A stretch of 64,000 bases of DNA from an uncultured Chloroflexia bacterium (GTDB lineage Bacteria > Chloroflexota > Anaerolineae > JAAYZQ01), in contig CAVOXA010000001.1 of the NCBI GenBank assembly GCA_963700285.1, positions 992,001 through 1,056,000 of the forward strand. The letters are read 5' to 3'. Shown here piece by piece: positions 11,018 to 20,407 of the stretch (positions are counted from its first letter, which is position 1; each line of letters begins with the position of its first letter). The translations under genes and the position numbers were made by a program. Under the pieces are notes generated by a model. That model was not told the origin of the DNA and made no database searches. It was given only the letters and a program-made list of their open reading frames with translations.

Positions 11018-12745
11018 CTATCGCTGTGCCTGACGGATCTCGTCGGGCGGGATCTGCCGGTATACCAGCAGTCTCTGAGCAATGGCCCGAAAAGCGGGCG
11101 CGGCTGTGTAGGCTGCCCACCGGGATGCTTTGGGTCTGTCGAGCTTGACCAAGACGATAAAGTCGGGGTCGTCGGCTGGTGCGTATCCCACAAAAGAGAC
11201 AATAGTGTCGGTAGGGTGGTAGCCAACGGCTGTCGGGATCTCTGCCGTTCCCGTTTTGCCGGCGATGCGATAGCCATGTATGCGCGCCTCAGTTGCCTTG
11301 CTCTCCACCACCTCTACGAGCATATCGGTCAGTGTTGTCGCTGCCTCCGCAGAGATTGCCGCTCGGACCACTTCAGGGTCGACGGTCGTCACCTTTACCC
11401 GCCCACTCGCCTCATCTTGGATGATGTGTTGTTGTACGATGTGCGGCCTCATCAGCAACCCTTGATTGGCCACCGCTGCCACGGCGGTGATCATCTGCAT
11501 GGGCGTAACAGCTATGCCTTGGCCAAAGGAGTTGGTTCCCAACTCTGAGGGGAACCAATCCGAGTCGCCAGGCAGCTTCATCCTCCCTGGTCCTTCGCTG
11601 CCGAGATCCACGGTGGTTAGGTTGCCAAAGCCAAAACGCCTGAGGTAGGTGTAGAATTGGTCTTTCCCCATGGTCGTGCTCACATAGGCTGCCACTGTGT
11701 TAAGCGAGAGGGCCAATGCTTCGGTCATTGAGACCTCACCATGTGCTTTGCGGTCCGAGTTCTCAATTGTCCGGCCACCTACTTCCATCTGCCCCTTGTC
11801 AAAGACTTTCATCTCGGGAGTGATGGTGCCCGAATCAAGGCCAGCGCTCCAGGTCATGATCTTGAAGATTGAGCCCGGCTCCCACATGCTGCTAACCGAT
11901 GGATCTGCGAGAAGGGTAGGCTCCGCGCTGGCAAACTCGTTTGGGTCGAAGGTTGGTAGACTGACGACGGCCAGCAACGCCCCCGTTTTGGGGTCCATGA
12001 CAATCACCGTCCCGCTTTCGGCTCTAAACTGATCTATCGCCTTTCGCAGTTCCTGCTCGGCGATATGCTGGATATTGAGATCCAGCGTCAGAACCAAATT
12101 GGTACCGTCCTCAGGCGGGCGGTAATCCTTTGGAGGGCGCGGGATAGGAACTCCGTAGGGATCTACTTCGATCTGCTGTGTCCCAAAGAGTCCTTTCAGT
12201 ACGGGGTTATAGTAGCCTTCTACCCCATAGAAGCCGTCACCTGTACTGTTGACGATACCAAGGGCGTGAGAAACCAGATCGGCCATTGGATAGACGCGTA
12301 TGGGCCGATGCTCGCAGATGAGGCCATCGATCTCCAGTCCTGCGATGGCTTCTCCAAGTTCGTGGGGAACATCCCGAACCAGAGGCCGCCAAGGCTCGTC
12401 GGACTCGAGTTGGACCTTTAGCCATGCTTCATCCAGAGCCAGGGCACCCCCCAAAACACTGACCAGATAGTCTGGCTCCGTAACCAGGCTTGGTGAGACA
12501 GAGATGTCCCATAGGTTCTTATTCATGGCCAGGATGTGACCGTTTGTGTCGGCGATATAGCCCCTGGGTGCCGGCAACTCAACCGTTCGCTGGCGCTGTC
12601 TCTCGACCAAGCCCGTGAGATCGGCGTGCACCAGCACTTGATAGCGAACGAGTTGTGCGACGACGATAGCCAGGCCAAAAGTCAGGAACAAGCCTAGCAC
12701 CGTCAGTCTGCGAAAATCCAAGTTGGCCTTCTTTTCAGTGTTCAT
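11018..12745 (-). CDS. ftsI: Class B penicillin-binding protein (FtsI/PBP2b-like)
   Basis: N-terminal TM, RGYIAD, EPGSIFK (SxxK), SLN, GKTGTA. Confidence 0.9.
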   Translation of the reverse strand: MNTEKKANLDFRRLTVLGLFLTFGLAIVVAQLVRYQVLVHADLTGLVERQRQRTVELPAPRGYIADTNGHILAMNKNLWDISVSPSLVTEPDYLVSVLGGALALDEAWLKVQLESDEPWRPLVRDVPHELGEAIAGLEIDGLICEHRPIRVYPMADLVSHALGIVNSTGDGFYGVEGYYNPVLKGLFGTQQIEVDPYGVPIPRPPKDYRPPEDGTNLVLTLDLNIQHIAEQELRKAIDQFRAESGTVIVMDPKTGALLAVVSLPTFDPNEFASAEPTLLADPSVSSMWEPGSIFKIMTWSAGLDSGTITPEMKVFDKGQMEVGGRTIENSDRKAHGEVSMTEALALSLNTVAAYVSTTMGKDQFYTYLRRFGFGNLTTVDLGSEGPGRMKLPGDSDWFPSELGTNSFGQGIAVTPMQMITAVAAVANQGLLMRPHIVQQHIIQDEASGRVKVTTVDPEVVRAAISAEAATTLTDMLVEVVESKATEARIHGYRIAGKTGTAEIPTAVGYHPTDTIVSFVGYAPADDPDFIVLVKLDRPKASRWAAYTAAPAFRAIAQRLLVYRQIPPDEIRQAQR

Positions 12746-12774
12746 AGTCCCAGTGGGAGACTAGATCCTCAAGA

Positions 12775-13248
12775 TTATTTCTCAGGCCCTGGCTGCAGGT
12801 TGCCAAAGACAGATTCCAACAAAGAGGATGGTTGAGATACGGTTATCTCTTCAGCAACAGCGCTCAGCGCGAATGGCGCCTGATCAATCTGGCTGTCTGT
12901 GTGTGGTGCAATCGGCTGCGACAACTCCAAGTATAGCGGCTCTTGCAGTACATACCCTCCTGTTTCTACACGCGGCGCCATGGCGCGCGGTGACTCGCCT
13001 TCCGCAATCTTGAGCAGGAGTGCTTGCGTTTCACGTTCCAGTCGGTCAAGCTGCGCTTCTCCCTCCAGGATTAGGCGACCTGTCGCCGCGGTCTGCATGG
13101 ACACCAGCAAGTGCAGCCAGCCGAACAGAATGAGCAGAGCTGCAAATACGGCAATGGCGACTCTCAGGGACGGGAGGCGACTTGTCACGTGTACTTGTGA
13201 GCGTTCTCGAGCCTGAGGTACAGGAACAGGTAGTGAATGGCTGGCCAT
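12775..13248 (-). CDS. ftsL: FtsL-like bitopic cell division protein
   Basis: TM helix followed by a coiled coil (AQLDRLERETQALLLKI); lies between rsmH and ftsI; RBS GGAAGGAG. Confidence 0.6.
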   Translation of the reverse strand: MASHSLPVPVPQARERSQVHVTSRLPSLRVAIAVFAALLILFGWLHLLVSMQTAATGRLILEGEAQLDRLERETQALLLKIAEGESPRAMAPRVETGGYVLQEPLYLELSQPIAPHTDSQIDQAPFALSAVAEEITVSQPSSLLESVFGNLQPGPEK

Positions 13249-13266
13249 GATCCGCTCCTTCCCTGA

Positions 13267-13313
13267 CCACTATATCTAGTGGCTCACGGACTCGAGCACA
13301 CAAGATAGCGGTC
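13267..13313. promoter_or_regulatory. Tandem NrdR-box-like sites in the ftsL leader
   Basis: Palindrome CCACTATATCTAGTGG (13267-13282) and a weaker ACACAAGATAGCGGTC 31 bp away (13298-13313). Confidence 0.65.
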
Positions 13314-13321
13314 TATACTAT

Positions 13322-13390
13322 ATTCTACCATAAACTGCTGATTTTTGCAAATTCAGTTCGATTCTACGCAAATTTCTTCTGATTGTTAAT
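13322..13390 (-). promoter_or_regulatory. Internal dcw promoter upstream of ftsL (TTGCAA-17-TAGAAT)
   Basis: Minus strand reads TTGCAA aaatcagcagtttatgg TAGAAT; near copy of the ddl promoter. Confidence 0.75.
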
Positions 13391-13504
13391 CTCTTTGTAC
13401 TCAATCAAGGCGCTCAGGCACCGATCTGAGAGTAAATGGCAGTTTTCTCTTATTGCCTCCCTGATTCCGTAACCAATCGTGTGTAATGCAATAATGGAGA
13501 GGAT

Positions 13505-14443
13505 TTATCTGACTCTGTCTGAGAGACGTTCCGCAATCCTCAGCTTGGCGCTGCGACTTCTGGGATTTACGGTGACCTCTTTGTCACTGGGCCGGATTGG
13601 TCTGCGGTTAATGATCTGCAACGTCGCCCGATGTTGGCAGACACAGACCGGAATTTCTGGTGGGCAGATGCAGTCTCGTGCTTCTTGCTGGCAGAAGCGC
13701 TTGACTACCCTGTCCTCCAGGGAATGGAATGAGATAACGGCCAACCGCCCTCCTGGCCGGAGCACGTTCCGGGCGTGGTGCAGGGCTTGCGACAGGTTCT
13801 CAATCTCGTTGTTCACGGCAATGCGCAACGCCTGAAATGTCCGTGTTGCTGGGTGGATCTTTTCGCGCGTGCGCGTGGTCCGTGCTACCAGCTCTGCCAG
13901 TTGTCTGGTGCTGGAGATCGGGCGCGCGCTGACAATGGCTCTCGCGATCCGGCGAGAATGGCGCTCATCGCCATACCTCCACAAAAGTCCAGCCAGTTCG
14001 GCTTCTGGCAACTGGTTGACCAGATTCTCAGCAGTCAGTCCCTGACTAGGGTCCATTCGCATGTCTAGAGGGCCATCCTGCATGAAGGAGAAGCCTCGCT
14101 GGGCGTCCGCCAACTGGCGGGATGAGAACCCCAAGTCGAGAAGCACTCCATCCACGAGACCAAACTCCACAGTGGCAATCACGGCCTCCAGGTCTCGAAA
14201 GTTGGCAACCTTCGCGATCACCCGGCCGCCAAATGGACGAAGAACCTGGCGGGCAAAGGCGACTGCCTCCGGATCGGCATCGAGTCCAAGTACTTGCCCA
14301 TCGGGGGCAGAGGCGTGGAGGATACTGGCTGTATGCCCTCCGGCGCCCAGCGTGGCGTCAAGATACCTACCCCCGGGCCGAACCTGAAGTCCGGCGACAA
14401 TCTCGTCAGTTAGGACTGGAACGTGTTCGCTCGCCCCGTCCAT
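13505..14443 (-). CDS. rsmH: 16S rRNA m4C1402 methyltransferase
   Basis: HVPVL, DATLGAGGH, DLGFSS, PLDMRM, HPATRTFQALRIAVN, ISFHSLEDR, NPRSRSAKLR. Confidence 0.97.
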   Translation of the reverse strand: MDGASEHVPVLTDEIVAGLQVRPGGRYLDATLGAGGHTASILHASAPDGQVLGLDADPEAVAFARQVLRPFGGRVIAKVANFRDLEAVIATVEFGLVDGVLLDLGFSSRQLADAQRGFSFMQDGPLDMRMDPSQGLTAENLVNQLPEAELAGLLWRYGDERHSRRIARAIVSARPISSTRQLAELVARTTRTREKIHPATRTFQALRIAVNNEIENLSQALHHARNVLRPGGRLAVISFHSLEDRVVKRFCQQEARDCICPPEIPVCVCQHRATLQIINRRPIRPSDKEVTVNPRSRSAKLRIAERLSDRVR

Positions 14444-14453
14444 GCGCGCTGCT

Positions 14454-14885
14454 CTAGATGCCCAAGCTGGAGAACTGTTCGGCGCGTGCTTCGGGATCCT
14501 TGTAGCTTTCTAACTGACGCTCTCGCCACTGCTCCGGGTTCCAGATCTCGCAATAGTCGTGCAGACCAACAACAATTGCTTGATTGTCAATGTTCGCATA
14601 TTCGCGAAGGTATGGGGGCAGGTTTACACGTCCCTGTTTATCCGCTGCTGCGTCCGAGGCGCCGCCAAAGACCTGACGGCGAAACTCGCGGGCCTTTGGG
14701 TCTGTTCGTGGCAGGGCGCTGATCTTCTCCGCAAGCCCTTCCCATCCATCCGTGGGGAAGAGCCACAGGCAAGGGTCAATTCCTTTTGTTACAACCAGAC
14801 CCGCGTCCAGTTGTTTCCGGAATCTGGCCGGGATCGTGAGCCGCCCCTTGTCATCGACTGTATGCTCGAATTCCCCTAGGAACAT
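14454..14885 (-). CDS. mraZ: Transcriptional regulator MraZ
   Basis: MFLGEFEHTVDDKGRL...DKQGRV...EIW. Confidence 0.97.
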   Translation of the reverse strand: MFLGEFEHTVDDKGRLTIPARFRKQLDAGLVVTKGIDPCLWLFPTDGWEGLAEKISALPRTDPKAREFRRQVFGGASDAAADKQGRVNLPPYLREYANIDNQAIVVGLHDYCEIWNPEQWRERQLESYKDPEARAEQFSSLGI

Positions 14886-14894
14886 CTATGCCCC

Positions 14895-14906
14895 GAACAT
14901 CTGTTC
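14895..14906. promoter_or_regulatory. LexA (GAAC-N4-GTTC) box next to the mraZ ribosome-binding region
   Basis: cGAACatctGTTCt, 10-21 nt upstream of the mraZ ATG. Confidence 0.6.
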
Positions 14907-14910
14907 TGTT

Positions 14911-14976
14911 CACCCACCTTCCACCACATACCACCACTTTCACCCACATTATACTATGTGGGCCCCATTTTGGCAA
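14911..14976 (-). promoter_or_regulatory. mraZ promoter (TTGCCA-17-TATAAT) with four 10-bp-periodic MraZ binding repeats
   Basis: Minus strand AATGTGGGTG AAAGTGGTGG TATGTGGTGG AAGGTGGGTG, starting within the -10 element. Confidence 0.85.
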
Positions 14977-15134
14977 GTCTTGAGTTTCTATGACCGGGAC
15001 AAGCATTAGATGTTAATCTTGAGGGAGTGAGGCAATGATTCTGTCCTTGCCGAATCCTCCATTGGGGTTCTGCAGATTTGGAGGGGGGGGACAGGGATGG
15101 TATAATCCATGCGGTAGGTAGGGGTTTTATCTCT

Positions 15135-15224
15135 GGAGAGGTAGCATAGTCCGGCCGAATGCGCACGATTGGAAATCGTGTGAGGGTAACACCTCCGCGG
15201 GTTCGAATCCCGCCCTCTCCGCCA
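15135..15224 (+). tRNA. tRNA-Ser(GGA)
   Basis: GGAGAGG/CCTCTCC acceptor stem, CACGA-TTGGAAA-TCGTG anticodon arm, long variable arm, GGTTCGAATCC, encoded CCA; TGGTATAAT upstream. Confidence 0.97.
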
Positions 15225-15290
15225 GTACTGTCGAGACGCCGCAGGCATTGGCTGACCTGCGGCGTCGTTTAGGTTGCAGACCATCTGCGT

Positions 15291-15926
15291 TCAGATCGCC
15301 TTGGCCAGGCGCCCGGCCAGGATGCCGCCCAGGACTGCCAGATCTTCAGTCGGCAGGTAGTGGCTGGCTGCTCCATCAAACAGCACGTTGGCATCTGCCG
15401 GGAATTCTTCGTCGGCCAGGTGGAGCACCGCGGCGAGCCAGACGCGAGGCAGTGCTCGAAAGAGGAATGAGGCATCGCCAAAGGTAAGGCGTTCGCCTGC
15501 CATTGTCTTGGCTGCGGCCTCAAATGCGGCCTGGTCATGGCCAAAGGTGTGTGCAATGCGCAGACTGGCCCGCCCCTGGAAAGCGGCGAAATAGCCCATG
15601 CCTCCAGGTAGGTTGCGAAAGGCGATCCACTGGCCGGTCAGCGGTGTGCCGTCAGCTGTCAACAGGTAGTGCAGAAGCAGGATGTGGGTGGCAATGTCCA
15701 CCGGCTCTGTACCTTTGGTTCGGGTCACCACGCCCTCGGGCCAGCTAACATGGTAGGTCGCATTCAGAAAGGGTACCTGAAAATGGCCGCTCCGGGTGTC
15801 CTTGCCCTGGTAAGATACTGCCGCATGTTCGGCGGTCACATGAGGTTCCAGCGCGGGAAAGGCCGACCTGGCCTTGTTCAAGGCTGGCCCATAGGTCTCT
15901 TCGGGTGTTCGTCGTTTGGTTTGCAT
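15291..15926 (-). CDS. DUF3786-like protein
   Basis: ILLLHYLL, WIAFRNLPGG..Y..AF, GDASF.F..LPR, DEEFPA.ANVLFD, LPTEDL pattern. Confidence 0.75.
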   Translation of the reverse strand: MQTKRRTPEETYGPALNKARSAFPALEPHVTAEHAAVSYQGKDTRSGHFQVPFLNATYHVSWPEGVVTRTKGTEPVDIATHILLLHYLLTADGTPLTGQWIAFRNLPGGMGYFAAFQGRASLRIAHTFGHDQAAFEAAAKTMAGERLTFGDASFLFRALPRVWLAAVLHLADEEFPADANVLFDGAASHYLPTEDLAVLGGILAGRLAKAI

Positions 15927-16044
15927 GTCTCTCTCTCGCTCTACTGGTCTAAGGCCATTGTACCATCTTCTGGGATGGGTGTCCAGTCAACATCGGCTGA
16001 ACCTTGGAAAGGCTGCATTCCAGAGGTGAGGCTGTGCAGCAGAT

Positions 16045-16124
16045 TTGCCAAGGGCCATGCTCTGTGCTATAATGCCGACGCTATATTTGTGGGTTCTTGG
16101 AAAAGTGGGGCCGCCCCACTTTTC
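16045..16124 (+). promoter_or_regulatory. nusA operon promoter plus rimP/nusA-leader-type hairpin
   Basis: TTGCCA-17-TATAAT (16045-16073); hairpin GAAAAGTGGGG-CCG-CCCCACTTTTC (16100-16124). Confidence 0.75.
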
Positions 16125-16191
16125 TTGCTATCAGGGGACCTCCGGTACCCGGGGTAGTGTGGGACAGCAATAGGGGATAAGGCGGAATGAG

Positions 16192-17916
16192 ATGAAAAGC
16201 GATTTTATGCTAGCGATCAATCAATTGTGCTCTGAGCGCAAGCTTTCGCATGAGGTGGTCCTGGAGGCAGTAGAAGCTGCGCTGGTTTCTGCATACAAGC
16301 GCAACTTTGGATCGGCTACCAACATCGAGGCGCGTGTCGAACCAAGTACAGGCGACGTCAGGGTGTTTGCCATCAAAGAGGTCGTCAAGAACGTGCAGGA
16401 CCCAAAAACAGAGATCTCGTTGGACGATGTGCGAGAGATCGATCCCGACGCGGAACTCGGGGGTACGGTCATGATTGAGAGTACCCCTCGTGACTTTGGG
16501 CGGATTGCTGCCCAGACGGCCAAGCAGGTGATCCTGCAGCGTATCCGCGAAGCCGAGCGCGATGCCCAGTATTCGGCTTTTGCCGATAGCGCGGGTGAGG
16601 TAGCGCTTGGAACAATCCAGAGCGTAGATTTTCATTCTGGTGATGTGGTCGTCAGCCTTGATGGAGCGGAGGCAATCCTGCCAGCTCGGGAACAGGTCTC
16701 CAACGAGCGCTACAGACGCGGTGCACGCTTGCGCGCCTATGTCGCGGACGTCCGCCGTGGCAGTCGGGGGCCGCGGATCACACTCTCCCGGCGCAGCCCA
16801 GCACTGTTGCGTCGCCTACTGGAGTTGGAGGTACCCGAAATTTTCAATGGTACCGTGGAGATCAAGGCGATGGCTCGCGAGGCGGGGTCGCGCTCAAAGG
16901 TAGCCGTACATGCTACCCAGGACGGTGTAGACCCAGTAGGTTCGTGCGTTGGTGTTCGCGGTGGGCGCATTCAGACGGTCGTCAACGAGTTGGGCGGTGA
17001 AAAGATAGACGTAGTGCAGTGGCACGACGATATTGGTAGTTTTATTGCCAACGCCTTGAGCCCTGCAAAGGTGATGAACGTGCTCCTGACTGATGATCCG
17101 CAGTCGGGAAAAACAGCCACCGTGATCGTCCCTGATCGGCAATTGTCCTTGGCGATCGGCAAGGAAGGACAGAATGCGCGATTGGCGGCCAAACTCACTG
17201 GCTGGCGCATCGATATCAAAAGTGCAACAGAGACCGCAGAAGAGACGCTTGGTCGCCTGGATGAGGTGGCCATACCTCTTGAGGATATGGATCTTCTCAC
17301 TCTGGCAGAGACACTGCTGCGGAAACGTGCAGCGGGGGATCTCAGCGAGGCAGAGCGTGCCTTGATCGATGCTGGGTTAGGGCGTGAAAGCGCGCTCGAC
17401 GTGGAATGGTCTGCCTCTGAGCAAGAGTCTGCGATCCAGGGTAGATCTGTTGGGGCCGAAGGCAGTGAAGAGGCGGGAACCATGCCTGTAGAAGCCATGT
17501 CGGGCGTGGAGAAGGCATCTGCGCCGAGTGATTTGCCTGACACGGATGCCATAGCCCTAGAAGATGTTGATCGGTCGGCGGAAGGGCTGGCTACGGCTGA
17601 CCGAATGGCTGTTGGCAAGGAATCCGCGATGATTGAGGGCGCGGTCGAGGATGAATCTGAGCTCAAGCCAACCTTTGAGGGGGAGCCCGTTGAGGATTCG
17701 TTGGGTTGGGTGGTCACAGAGCCTCCCAAGGAATACCAATACGATTGGGACGAGCCTTCGTGGGTGGAAGAGAAACCTGACTGGGAGATCGACTGGGAGA
17801 GCCAGGAGATTGAAGAGAAACCAGATCTGCCCATGCCCCAGAAGAAGAGGGGCCGGAAGAAAAAGGGTAGGCAGGCGTTCGACAGTAAGGATGGCCTAGG
17901 CTCTGACCGCTGGTGA
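16192..17916 (+). CDS. nusA: Transcription termination factor NusA with a long acidic C-terminal extension
   Basis: [59 protein letters not shown]. Confidence 0.97.
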   Translation: MKSDFMLAINQLCSERKLSHEVVLEAVEAALVSAYKRNFGSATNIEARVEPSTGDVRVFAIKEVVKNVQDPKTEISLDDVREIDPDAELGGTVMIESTPRDFGRIAAQTAKQVILQRIREAERDAQYSAFADSAGEVALGTIQSVDFHSGDVVVSLDGAEAILPAREQVSNERYRRGARLRAYVADVRRGSRGPRITLSRRSPALLRRLLELEVPEIFNGTVEIKAMAREAGSRSKVAVHATQDGVDPVGSCVGVRGGRIQTVVNELGGEKIDVVQWHDDIGSFIANALSPAKVMNVLLTDDPQSGKTATVIVPDRQLSLAIGKEGQNARLAAKLTGWRIDIKSATETAEETLGRLDEVAIPLEDMDLLTLAETLLRKRAAGDLSEAERALIDAGLGRESALDVEWSASEQESAIQGRSVGAEGSEEAGTMPVEAMSGVEKASAPSDLPDTDAIALEDVDRSAEGLATADRMAVGKESAMIEGAVEDESELKPTFEGEPVEDSLGWVVTEPPKEYQYDWDEPSWVEEKPDWEIDWESQEIEEKPDLPMPQKKRGRKKKGRQAFDSKDGLGSDRW

Positions 17917-17981
17917 GCATGATCTGTAGCGCCTTGCGGGGGTCTTCTTTTTGACCCACGGAAACTGCAGTCGCGGTGCTC

Positions 17982-18353
17982 ATGGGCGATTCAACGGAGG
18001 GGCAATTGCCGGTAAGGCAGCGGAAGCATGTGCCTCTGCGGACCTGTATCATCTGCAAGCAGAAGCGCCAAAAGCGGGATCTGATCCGGATCGTTCGCAC
18101 CCCTGAGGGGGGCATAGAACTTGACTCCCGGGGGAAGCTTTCTGGACGCGGCGCCTACTGCTGTCCCAATCGTACGTGCTGGGAGGCGGCTCTGGAGCCA
18201 GGCAGGTTGGGAAAAGTTCTCAAGAGTCGGTTATCTGCCGACGATTTGGCCCGCCTGTACGATAGTGTGAGTATAGCAGCCAGGCAGCTGCAGAAACGGG
18301 AAACGGAGGCCGGGCGCGATGCGTCGAACCGTGCCCCGGGGGGAGGTAGATAG
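17982..18353 (+). CDS. ylxR: YlxR/RnpM (DUF448) RNA-binding protein
   Basis: [21 protein letters not shown]. Confidence 0.9.
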   Translation: MGDSTEGQLPVRQRKHVPLRTCIICKQKRQKRDLIRIVRTPEGGIELDSRGKLSGRGAYCCPNRTCWEAALEPGRLGKVLKSRLSADDLARLYDSVSIAARQLQKRETEAGRDASNRAPGGGR

Positions 18354-20312
18354 ATGGGACGAGGATCTAAAGATGGGGGGCGGGGGCCGAATCGGAGCAC
18401 TGACTCGCAGTCGCGCGGTTCGGCTCGCAAACCTGGGACAGGAACGACAGCAGCGCCGTCTCAGACGGGGGCGCCTGGGAATCCCAAGGGAGGTACTGCT
18501 CCGGCAACATTGCCCGGTCCGCAGGTGCCCAGAGTGATCGAGCTGCCAGAGAGCCTTACGGTTCGGGATCTGGCGCGTGCGTTGCGCATGAGTCCCATTG
18601 ATGTGATCAAGGAGTTGATGACCAACGGCATTGTGGCTGGCATCAACCAGGAGATCGACTATGACACGGCCGAGATCGTGGCCAGCGAGCTGGGATTTGA
18701 GACCAGACCACTCCGGCTTGCAGAGATAGAGCAGGAAAAAGAAGAACAGGAGGAATTCAAGACTCTTTGGCACAGTCTGTTGGAGTCCGAATCGCCCGAG
18801 GCCTTGAAGCCCCGTCCTCCAGTGGTGACGGTGCTTGGTCATGTGGACCATGGCAAGACGACGCTGTTGGATGCGATCCGCGAAACAGACGTCGTGGCCA
18901 GCGAGTCCGGTGGGATCACCCAGCACATCGGTGCATACCAGGTAGAGAAGGATGGTCGCAAGATCACCTTTATCGATACGCCTGGTCACGAGGCATTTAC
19001 GGCTATGCGTGCCCGAGGGGCCCAGGTGACAGACTTGGCTGTGTTGGTCGTCGCTGCTGACGATGGCGTGATGCCCCAGACCAAGGAAGCGATCGACCAT
19101 GCCCGAGCCGCCGATGTGCCTATCATGGTGGCCCTCAACAAGATGGACAAGCCCTCGGCCCAACCAGAGCGGGTCAAGCAGCAGCTATCGGAAGTGGATC
19201 TGACCGTTGAGGATTGGGGTGGGGACGTCATCTGCATTCCGGTGTCGGCCACACACGGGCAAGGTGTCGACGAGTTGCTTGAGAACATCCTCCTGGTGAC
19301 TGAAGTCGCCGATCTGCGCAGCAATCCTGATCGTCCTGCTGTGGGCACGGTGATTGAGTCTGAGATGGACCGGCAGCGGGGACCCGTCGCCACCTTGCTG
19401 GTACAGGCTGGCACGCTGAGGGTGGGTGACGCGCTCACCATCGGTGTGATATCAGGCCGGGTACGGGCGATGATGGACTACCGGGGCAAAGATGTGCGTG
19501 AGGCGTTGCCTTCCACGCCGGTGCAGGTCATGGGCTTGGCGGATGTCCCTAGGGCTGGTGACATCTTTGAAGTGGTGGCGAGCGGCCGCGAAGCGCGGGC
19601 AATCGCAGCAGAACGTGCCGAGGACAAGCGCTTGGCTGGGCCAAAGGCAGCCAGACCCAAGATCCTGAGCCTGGACGAGATCTTTGGCCAGTTCTTGGCG
19701 GGCCAGACCGTTGAGTTGAACCTGATCCTCAAGGCCGACGTACAGGGCTCGTTGGAGCCGATAGTCAACTCCCTTGAGAGGCTGGGCGGCGACGGACCGC
19801 AGGTCAATATCCTGCATTCGGGCATCGGTGATGTCTCCGAGTCGGACGTTATGCTGGCATCTGCTTCCCAGGCCATTGTGCTTGGCTTCCATGTTGGCGT
19901 GGATGAGGCTGCACGCCGCATGGCTGGGCAGGATGGGGTGGATATCCGGCAGTATACAATCATCTACAATCTGATTGATGACGTGGACAAGGCTCTGCGG
20001 GGCATGCTGGAGCCCGAGTACGCGAAGGTTGTCATGGGCCATGCCGATGTGCGAGCGGTGTTTAGCATTCGGCGCCGTGGAACCGTGGCTGGTTGCTACG
20101 TGACCGATGGGGTGGTGACGCGCAAAGCGTGGGCTCGTGTCCAGCGCAATGGAGAAGAGGTCTTTGATGGTCCGCTCGATTCCCTGAAACGATTTCAGGA
20201 AGATGTGTCCGAAGTGAGGACCGGTTTCGAGTGCGGTGTGGGAGTCGCTGGTTTTGAAGACTTCCGAGAGGGAGACGTGCTCGAGTTCTACCGGGAAGAG
20301 CGAGTCAGCTAG
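18354..20312 (+). CDS. infB: Translation initiation factor IF-2
   Basis: RPPVVTVLGHVDHGKTTLLD, GGITQHIGAYQV, DTPGHEAF, KADVQGS. Confidence 0.98.
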   Translation: MGRGSKDGGRGPNRSTDSQSRGSARKPGTGTTAAPSQTGAPGNPKGGTAPATLPGPQVPRVIELPESLTVRDLARALRMSPIDVIKELMTNGIVAGINQEIDYDTAEIVASELGFETRPLRLAEIEQEKEEQEEFKTLWHSLLESESPEALKPRPPVVTVLGHVDHGKTTLLDAIRETDVVASESGGITQHIGAYQVEKDGRKITFIDTPGHEAFTAMRARGAQVTDLAVLVVAADDGVMPQTKEAIDHARAADVPIMVALNKMDKPSAQPERVKQQLSEVDLTVEDWGGDVICIPVSATHGQGVDELLENILLVTEVADLRSNPDRPAVGTVIESEMDRQRGPVATLLVQAGTLRVGDALTIGVISGRVRAMMDYRGKDVREALPSTPVQVMGLADVPRAGDIFEVVASGREARAIAAERAEDKRLAGPKAARPKILSLDEIFGQFLAGQTVELNLILKADVQGSLEPIVNSLERLGGDGPQVNILHSGIGDVSESDVMLASASQAIVLGFHVGVDEAARRMAGQDGVDIRQYTIIYNLIDDVDKALRGMLEPEYAKVVMGHADVRAVFSIRRRGTVAGCYVTDGVVTRKAWARVQRNGEEVFDGPLDSLKRFQEDVSEVRTGFECGVGVAGFEDFREGDVLEFYREERVS

Positions 20313-20407
20313 TCCAGCCCTTCTGCTCGATGGCCAGCCGTTGCGTCTGGCCCAACCAGGCTGGTTTTCTGCCAGTTTGGGGCGATTTTCGACAGGATGT
20401 ATACCCA

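Noticed and set aside
15135-15300. tRNA-Ser as an integration site for a genomic island
   Set aside because: No integrase and no duplicated tRNA 3' end were seen; the flanking genes are housekeeping.
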